Shown piece by piece: positions 52,486 to 58,908 of a DNA stretch of 64,000 nucleotides. Origin of the DNA: an uncultured Muribaculaceae bacterium (lineage in GTDB: Bacteria > Bacteroidota > Bacteroidia > Bacteroidales > Muribaculaceae). Where the stretch lies: NCBI GenBank assembly GCA_964628205.1, contig CAZVMM010000009.1:2226-66225 (forward strand), written 5' to 3'. The position numbers were made by a program, and so were the translations under genes. The notes below the pieces were generated by a model. The model ran no database searches, was not told the DNA's origin, and worked only from the letters and a program-made list of their open reading frames with translations. How positions within the stretch are numbered: position 1 is the first letter of the stretch; each line of letters starts with the position of its first letter.

Positions 52486-53348
52486 GACTGCCCTGGCTAT
52501 CGGGAGACAAGACGGCCCAGAACGACACCGACGCGGCGCCGCACCGCGGCACCAAAGCCCGCGACAGGGAGACCGTTGCCCGGCTCAACGCGTCGGGCGA
52601 GGCGGGCACGCTGGTGCTGAGCACCGACAATCTGGTGAAGAAATACCGCCAGCGCACGGTGGTCAACCACGTGTCCATCAACGTGCATCAGGGCGAGATC
52701 GTCGGCCTGCTGGGGCCCAACGGAGCGGGCAAGACGACGACGTTCTACATGACCACGGGACTGGTGACGCCCAACGAGGGCCGCGTGTTTCTCAACGATG
52801 TGGACATCACCACCCTACCCGTTTACCGCCGCGCACAATTGGGCATCGGCTACTTGCCACAGGAGGCGTCGGTCTTCCGCACCCTAAGCGTGGAGGACAA
52901 CATCCGCACCGTGCTGGAGATGACCAAACTCACGCCAGCCGAGCAAAAGGACCGCCTGGAACAGCTCATCAGCGAGTTCCACCTGCAGAAGGTTCGCAAG
53001 AACCTGGGCAACCGCCTGTCGGGCGGTGAGCGGCGCCGCACCGAGATTGCCCGCGGCCTGGCCATCAACCCGCACTTCATCATGCTCGATGAGCCATTCG
53101 CGGGTGTCGACCCGATTGCCGTCGAGGACATCCAGAGCATCGTCTATAGCCTCAAGGGCAAGAACATCGGCATCCTCATCACCGACCACAATGCCCCCGA
53201 GACCCTCAGCATCACCGACAGGGCCTACCTGTTGTTCGAGGGCAAAATCCTGTTCCAGGGCACCAGCGAAGAGCTGGCCGAGAACCCGACCGTCCGCGAC
53301 AAGTACCTGGGCCACAACTTCGTCTTCCGCCGCAAGCACTTCGACTGA
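52482..53348 (+). CDS. lptB: LPS export ABC transporter ATP-binding protein LptB (start uncertain)
   Basis: Walker [10 protein letters not shown], signature LSGGERRR, Walker [15 protein letters not shown] 52482 overlaps the udk stop (ATGA) and gives a ~45-aa charged N-terminal extension. GTG 52614 is a possible alternative start. Confidence 0.88.
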   Translation: MRLPWLSGDKTAQNDTDAAPHRGTKARDRETVARLNASGEAGTLVLSTDNLVKKYRQRTVVNHVSINVHQGEIVGLLGPNGAGKTTTFYMTTGLVTPNEGRVFLNDVDITTLPVYRRAQLGIGYLPQEASVFRTLSVEDNIRTVLEMTKLTPAEQKDRLEQLISEFHLQKVRKNLGNRLSGGERRRTEIARGLAINPHFIMLDEPFAGVDPIAVEDIQSIVYSLKGKNIGILITDHNAPETLSITDRAYLLFEGKILFQGTSEELAENPTVRDKYLGHNFVFRRKHFD

Positions 53349-53370
53349 TTAACGCTAACCGCGAATAAAC

Positions 53371-53409
53371 AACTGAGACATCTGAAACGACTGAGACAAC
53401 TGAGACAAC
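53371..53409 (+). repeat. three direct copies of (A)ACTGAGACA, the last forming the left arm of the terminator stem
   Basis: AACTGAGACA at 53371..53380, ACTGAGACA at 53390..53398, AACTGAGACA at 53398..53407. An inverted copy lies at 53428..53440. Confidence 0.7.
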
Positions 53410-53440
53410 GCCTTGTGCAAAATGGCTGTTGTCTCAGTTG
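53397..53440. terminator. bidirectional terminator between lptB and the convergent six-gene operon
   Basis: Perfect 13-bp stem CAACTGAGACAAC/GTTGTCTCAGTTG with an 18-nt loop. Sits in the 117-bp gap between two convergent stops. Confidence 0.65.
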
Positions 53441-53465
53441 TTGATTAGTTGTTATGGTTGTTTGA

Positions 53466-55295
53466 TTAACGATGGGCGGCAATGCGCCAGATGGTGCCCT
53501 CGATGAGCGAGCAGTAGACGTCGCCAGTCGTTGGATCCACTTCAAAGCCGTTGACCTCGCTGGTACCCAGGCGATAGGTATATTCCAGCTGATGGGTCTT
53601 GGCGTTCACGACCGCCAGCATGCCACGGCGTGAGCCGCAGTAGATCAAGCCATCATGCTCGAGGATGATGCAGGGGGCGTGCTCATAGCCGAAGCCCAAA
53701 TCGACCTGCCACAAGAACTGATATTGCTCCCCAGTGCTCATGGCCACGAGCGTGCCGTCCATGGTCTTGGCATAGGCCACCTCACCGTCAGCGCTGCGGC
53801 CCAGGCTCTCTCGCACCTTGTTCTCGTTCTTCACGCGCCACAGTTGGGCGCCACTGTGGCGGTCGATGGCGGTCGTGTAGCGGTCAGGGGCGACGATGAC
53901 CACACGATCGGGCGTGACGACGGGCACCACATTGCCGGGGCTGTAGAGTCGAGCGGTTCGGCCATTGTCCCACTGCCATTTCATGGTCCCCGTTCGATGG
54001 TCGAGGCATCGCAGCCGAGTGTCCCACGCGCCAAAGATAACATCACTGCCAGCGATGACAGGCGCTGCCTGACAATAGTTGCCGATGCTATCGAAATGCC
54101 ACAACAGACGATGCCGCTTCACATCCCACGCCTGGAACGTTTTGTAACCGCCCTGGTACAAGATACCGTCACGGACCACACCGTCGGCAACATAGGGGCC
54201 ATCGGCCTGAAACTGCCACTGGGGCTTGCCGGTCTTCTTATCGAGCCAGATGAGGCGCTTGTCGCTCGTGGGCAGCACCACATACCGGCCGTCCACTGCG
54301 GGACGCGAAAACAGCATGGCACCAGTCTTGTACTGCCAGCGCACCTGGCCCGTGACCTTGTCCACCGCTTTGCAATAGCCCAGCGAATTGCCGTAGTACA
54401 GATTCTTGCCGTCCACACCTACGCGGGTAAAGATGGACGCATTGTCGGCCACAACACGCTGAATGGTGACACCGCCAGGCACCGCGGGAGTCTCCTGAAC
54501 GCAGGGGCTGTCGTGATAATCAAGATTGATGCGATAGGAGAACATCACCTCGGGGTCTTTCCCGATCACCTTATTAAATACATATATCCACTGACGGTCT
54601 AGGTCGATGGTCATCAGGGTGTAACCATAGTCGCCACCGCCCATGTCCAGGGCCCGCACAATCACGCCGTTGATGCCGTCGGTCTCATAGAGACGCCAGC
54701 GGTGATAGTGTCCGCACTGATGGGTGACCACGGGATACTTCTTGAGCACATCGACATAGGCGCGGTAATTGTCCAAATCATCGAGAATGGGATAATGGTT
54801 CACGCTGAGCACCCGCATGCCAGGCCCCACCATGACGTTAAGCGTGCTGTCGAGCCACAGCAGGTCTTCCTGCTTGATGTGCCCGTCACCCATTTTCATG
54901 AACGGGCCGCAATTCATTCCCACGACCACCAGGCTATCGATTGTGAACACAAATCGGTCGCTGCCCCACAGGTCATTGAAGGTTTTGCAAGCGCTCTGGC
55001 TCCAGTTGTTCTCGTGATTGCCAGGAATAACATACAGGGGATGGCAGACGCCATCGAGGATGCCCTTTACATTACGCAACTGCTCATCACTACCCTCATC
55101 GGTGAGGTCGCCCGTCATGAGCACCGCATCGACATCTGTAGCATTGATCTCGGCCACGGCGTCTCGCAGTTTGGCCTCGTTGGTATTGCCGGGATTGACA
55201 TGGATATCGCTGAGGATAGCCAATCGGACCACCCCACCCTGCATGGCCAGCGACAGCGTGAGCACGATGGCCAGTAAAGATATCATACGTTTCAT
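53466..55295 (-). CDS. secreted calcineurin-like metallophosphoesterase fused to a PQQ/BamB-like beta-propeller
   Basis: 609 aa with signal peptide MKRMISLLAIVLTLSLAMQ. All five phosphoesterase motifs are present (SDIH, TGDL, GNHEN, NHYP, CGHYH). Followed by repeated ...G..RWQ/ WQF/ LWHF/ KWQW propeller blades. Confidence 0.85.
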   Translation of the reverse strand: MKRMISLLAIVLTLSLAMQGGVVRLAILSDIHVNPGNTNEAKLRDAVAEINATDVDAVLMTGDLTDEGSDEQLRNVKGILDGVCHPLYVIPGNHENNWSQSACKTFNDLWGSDRFVFTIDSLVVVGMNCGPFMKMGDGHIKQEDLLWLDSTLNVMVGPGMRVLSVNHYPILDDLDNYRAYVDVLKKYPVVTHQCGHYHRWRLYETDGINGVIVRALDMGGGDYGYTLMTIDLDRQWIYVFNKVIGKDPEVMFSYRINLDYHDSPCVQETPAVPGGVTIQRVVADNASIFTRVGVDGKNLYYGNSLGYCKAVDKVTGQVRWQYKTGAMLFSRPAVDGRYVVLPTSDKRLIWLDKKTGKPQWQFQADGPYVADGVVRDGILYQGGYKTFQAWDVKRHRLLWHFDSIGNYCQAAPVIAGSDVIFGAWDTRLRCLDHRTGTMKWQWDNGRTARLYSPGNVVPVVTPDRVVIVAPDRYTTAIDRHSGAQLWRVKNENKVRESLGRSADGEVAYAKTMDGTLVAMSTGEQYQFLWQVDLGFGYEHAPCIILEHDGLIYCGSRRGMLAVVNAKTHQLEYTYRLGTSEVNGFEVDPTTGDVYCSLIEGTIWRIAAHR

Positions 55296-55324
55296 CAGCT
55301 TCAGAGGGTGATTAAGGATTGATG

Positions 55325-56485
55325 TTAAAGTTTCTCGACGACATCATTTTCTCCACACGGCATCGTGATGGTGCTGTTGTAGAGCGGGAAGAGCGCGTTC
55401 ACCTGATAGGTGGTGCGCTGTTGCTCCAAGGGGATAAACACGCTGACCTTCCCCTTGCTGTCGGTTCGGGTCTTTACGCCTCCCACCTGGATTGGAGAGT
55501 TGGGGATGAAGGATTCGGTCTCACGGTCCCATAAACCGAAACTCACGTTGCCATATACCTGAACGTCACGATAAATGTTCACGTTCATGTCGCGAGACAG
55601 CTCCATCATCGTGTCAATCGGCATAAAATCAGGGCAGTTGACCGTCACGTGGACCGAGTGATTCAAGAAATGCTGCGGAATGTTGGTGAAAATGGCCGCA
55701 TCGTCGAGCGAGACGATGGTGTCGGTCTTAGACTCATTATCCAGTTCCAGCATGACTACGGCATCGCGCAGCGGCGGCAACTCATTGTTGTGGTAAGAGG
55801 CCTCCCGCAGGCGCAGGGTCGCGTCGACAGGCCTGAAATGGTACCAAGCGCCGAATATCGCCATCACAACCGCTAGCAATCCCAGAATAGAGAAGATGAG
55901 TTGCCTCAATAACTGCCGCTTGTGGCGCTGCCAGATGGAATCAAACTCGACATCTAGCAGTTTGGATACCAGCTGGACGTAAGCCCGCTCGCGGTTAATC
56001 CAAGCCAACTTGTAATTCTTCTCGTTAACATTGGCTCCCAAAATTTCTTGCAGGCCTAGCCGCTCGGTGACAGGATGGAAACACTCCGTGTCTGGGTCTC
56101 CACTATGCGGAGTGCCGTCAACAATGAAGAAATGGATGTTTTCGGTACGCCCCAAACTGTGGAAAAACTCAATCTCCTTGCCCACCCACTCGGACTTGGC
56201 CGAATTGGGCGAACAGATGACGATCAGGTTTCTTGAAGCCATAAGGCGCTGCTTCAGCTCATCGCTCAGTCCGCCGGGCTGTATGTCGGTGGGCGCGAAG
56301 AAGACGGGGCGGATAGGGGTGCGCTTCCATCCGCGCTGGTTACACATTGTAGCCGGCATGCGGTAGTGCTCCAGCTTGCGCTGCAACCTCTTGCCCCACT
56401 GGGTGTCCCTGGAGTTGTAACTGATGAAGGCAAAATACTTGAACTCATGCCCAGATGTGATATGGCCTTGTTCCTTCTCAATCAT
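55325..56485 (-). CDS. single-pass membrane TIR-domain protein (cytoplasmic TIR, periplasmic beta-sandwich-like C-terminal domain)
   Basis: 386 aa. TIR start FKYFAFISYNSRD. SPNSAKSEWVGKEIEFF matches the SxxSxWxxxE motif (E104, codon 56174..56176). TM LIFSILGLLAVVMAIFGAWY (55841..55900) is preceded by the K/R-rich WQRHKRQLLRQ. Confidence 0.85.
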   Translation of the reverse strand: MIEKEQGHITSGHEFKYFAFISYNSRDTQWGKRLQRKLEHYRMPATMCNQRGWKRTPIRPVFFAPTDIQPGGLSDELKQRLMASRNLIVICSPNSAKSEWVGKEIEFFHSLGRTENIHFFIVDGTPHSGDPDTECFHPVTERLGLQEILGANVNEKNYKLAWINRERAYVQLVSKLLDVEFDSIWQRHKRQLLRQLIFSILGLLAVVMAIFGAWYHFRPVDATLRLREASYHNNELPPLRDAVVMLELDNESKTDTIVSLDDAAIFTNIPQHFLNHSVHVTVNCPDFMPIDTMMELSRDMNVNIYRDVQVYGNVSFGLWDRETESFIPNSPIQVGGVKTRTDSKGKVSVFIPLEQQRTTYQVNALFPLYNSTITMPCGENDVVEKL

Positions 56486-56504
56486 AGCGATTTCGGTTAA
56501 AACG

Positions 56505-58016
56505 TTAAAGCGACATCTGTTTCCAGTCGTCGTTAGTATAAGATGTGAAGGTCATCGGGGTCTGGCTTTTGCCGAGAGGCAAAGTGCGGGCCACATTTTT
56601 GACATTGTTGTTGATATCCTTGGCCAGCTTGCCTAACGTGACCATGCCTTGGGTCTCCTGCAACTCTTTGAGGAGATAATAGGTGAAGAGGCCGTGCCCC
56701 TCTTCAGGATAGTTCTGCGCCGTTTCATTACCATGAGTTGCCGCCAGGACAATCATGTTACCCACGGTGGGTTTGGCATCCTGTGCCTCGACCTCAACTG
56801 CCCGCTCGACCACGAGCGACTCGTTATCACGATTGACCCCGCTGAAGCAGGCATCAAGAAAGACCGTGACGTTGGCAAATCCCAATCGGCCCAACTTGTC
56901 ATAAAACTCATCGAGGGCAATACCGTGGTTAGGCTTGGAGCCCTTAACATCAGTAGGCAGCAAGTAGGACTTGTTGTTGTCCTGAATATCGGGCACGCCA
57001 TGCCCAGCATAGAAGACGACCAGTTTCTTGAGACGGCGGTCAGGCACTTCGTTACACCAGTCACCAAGCAATTCCTCGAGGATGATGTGCTTAGTGGCAT
57101 CGAGAGAGACCATGATATTGGAAGCGGGGATACCGAGCGTCTTCTTGCAGTACTCGGCAAAAACGGTGGCATCGTTTTGGGCATAGGGCACAGCTGCCAC
57201 GTGGCGATAGTTCTCGTTACCGATGATCAGGGCATAGGTATCATTGCGTACGACAAGAGGTTCGGGGATTTCAATATCGACGGCCGACACACGCTCCTGC
57301 ATCAGCGCCGGACTGGATTTCTTGAGAAACAGCGCGACGGATTCCTGACTCAAGCCATACTCAGCACAATTCTCGGTGTTGATGTTGCGGGGCAGATTAC
57401 GTATCTCTCCCTTGTAATAGATGTGCTTGGCCCGACCGTCCTCCATGACCTCGGTGGCGAAAACGGCTTTGCCCAACATGGCGTTATTTCCCACTTCGAT
57501 CACGTTGAGGTTGGTACAGGAGAGGAAGGCCATGTCCTCGACACGCGTCAGGCTGGGAATGCTGACCGACCGCAGCGACGAGCAATTGGCAAAGGCGACC
57601 GTGGCGATACGCTTCACATAAGGCGGCATGGAGAAATTGAAGAGGTTGCGGCAATTCAGGAAAGCGCCCCACCCGATCTCATTGATCATCGCGTATTGGA
57701 TTTCAACTGTGTTCAGTTCTTCACAATTGGCAAATGCGCATGAACCGATAGTCCCGATGCCTACACCAATAACCACCTTACGGATGGCAAGATTTTGCTT
57801 GATCCACGGCGCACGGTTGCCGTCCAGGTCGTAGTCAGGCATGGATACCGCATTCTTCTTGGGGGCAAGACTACTTATATATAATGTGCGGCCATCAAAT
57901 GTCCACTCCACATCACCGTTGCATTTTCCCGAAGCGGCCTTGGTGTTCTGCGCCATTGCGGAAAGGAGGCACAACGAGCTGAACAGAATGGTTATTAGCA
58001 AACACTTTTTCATCAT
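56505..58016 (-). CDS. secreted BspA-type LRR (LRR_5) - caspase (peptidase C14) fusion protein
   Basis: 503 aa with signal peptide MMKKCLLITILFSSLCLLSAMAQ. LRR_5 repeats (IGSCAFANCEELNTVEI, IGWGAFLNCRNL, IATVAFANCSSLRSVSIP, EDMAFLSCTNLNVIEV). Caspase dyad contexts VVFYAGHG (H339, 57000..57002) and VFLDACFSG (C390, 56847..56849). Confidence 0.85.
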   Translation of the reverse strand: MMKKCLLITILFSSLCLLSAMAQNTKAASGKCNGDVEWTFDGRTLYISSLAPKKNAVSMPDYDLDGNRAPWIKQNLAIRKVVIGVGIGTIGSCAFANCEELNTVEIQYAMINEIGWGAFLNCRNLFNFSMPPYVKRIATVAFANCSSLRSVSIPSLTRVEDMAFLSCTNLNVIEVGNNAMLGKAVFATEVMEDGRAKHIYYKGEIRNLPRNINTENCAEYGLSQESVALFLKKSSPALMQERVSAVDIEIPEPLVVRNDTYALIIGNENYRHVAAVPYAQNDATVFAEYCKKTLGIPASNIMVSLDATKHIILEELLGDWCNEVPDRRLKKLVVFYAGHGVPDIQDNNKSYLLPTDVKGSKPNHGIALDEFYDKLGRLGFANVTVFLDACFSGVNRDNESLVVERAVEVEAQDAKPTVGNMIVLAATHGNETAQNYPEEGHGLFTYYLLKELQETQGMVTLGKLAKDINNNVKNVARTLPLGKSQTPMTFTSYTNDDWKQMSL

Positions 58017-58027
58017 GCTGGTAATGT

Positions 58028-58885
58028 TTAGAACCTGAATTGCAGGTACACACGACCTGTCTTCTGCTTCATTTTCATCTTGCCGGTGTCCAAGTCATCG
58101 TCCAGGTAAGTGTAATTCAGCTTACCATCGTTGCGGAACTCGTATCCGATGCCGACAAAATTCCATGTCAGATTGCCGCCAAAAGACGTGTACAGGCCAT
58201 GGCCCAGAGCCTTGCCATCAGAAACCTCGCCCTTGTCGACCATCGCTTCACTTATCATCGACAGCTGAACCGTATATCCCACATGGAAGTAGAGTTGCAG
58301 CCTGATATTGTCGGTTCCCCACCGCTCTAGTGAGGTGAAAGGATAGAAAGTGAGCGACGGGCCCACCATCATGCCATAGTCGATGGTCTTCTTCTTGTTA
58401 TGCCAGGGCATGCAACCGATAGAGGATTCTTCGCTATTCTTATAAGACGCAGGGGCGGCCGTTTCCTTATACTGATTGAAATTCAGATCCAGCCAGGTGT
58501 AATCCAGTCCCAGGAACAACACATTGCCGAGCGGGTTCTTGTGGAAATTGAAGGTATGTCCCCACTGCAGGCCAAGTCCCCACTGATTCTGGAACTCATT
58601 GCTGAACGCACCCGAAACTGACGGGAATTCATCAGACGACAGCTTGGTCGTATTGTAACTGATGTTCAGGTATGTGTTTTTACTCCAGATGGAGCGCAAG
58701 CTCGCCATGTAGTCATTCTCCTTCATGGCCTTTCCCTCTTGGGCGATAGTCTCAGCCAGCGTAACCACTCGTGTTGTGTCATCACCGGCAGCGTTGTTTA
58801 CTGAGATGGGAGCCGAAATGCCTTCGTTGGCCGAGATGGCCAGTGCACAAAAGACTGCAATTGCTGAAAAAAAGAATCGTTTCAT
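58028..58885 (-). CDS. outer-membrane beta-barrel protein
   Basis: 285 aa with signal peptide MKRFFFSAIAVFCALAISA. Alternating amphipathic strands (WGLGLQWGHTFNF, IRLQLYFHVGYTVQL, GGNLTWNFVGIGYEF). C-terminal aromatic ...RVYLQFRF. Confidence 0.75.
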   Translation of the reverse strand: MKRFFFSAIAVFCALAISANEGISAPISVNNAAGDDTTRVVTLAETIAQEGKAMKENDYMASLRSIWSKNTYLNISYNTTKLSSDEFPSVSGAFSNEFQNQWGLGLQWGHTFNFHKNPLGNVLFLGLDYTWLDLNFNQYKETAAPASYKNSEESSIGCMPWHNKKKTIDYGMMVGPSLTFYPFTSLERWGTDNIRLQLYFHVGYTVQLSMISEAMVDKGEVSDGKALGHGLYTSFGGNLTWNFVGIGYEFRNDGKLNYTYLDDDLDTGKMKMKQKTGRVYLQFRF

Positions 58886-58908
58886 TGTCGTAATAATTTC
58901 TTTTATGA

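Noticed and set aside
58028-58885. Whether the 285-aa protein next to the caspase is a bacterial gasdermin (right size, next to a caspase-like protease).
   Set aside because: It has a cleavable signal peptide, amphipathic beta-strand periodicity throughout and a C-terminal aromatic residue (…QFRF). These are features of an outer-membrane barrel, not of cytoplasmic gasdermins. A structure prediction could confirm this.
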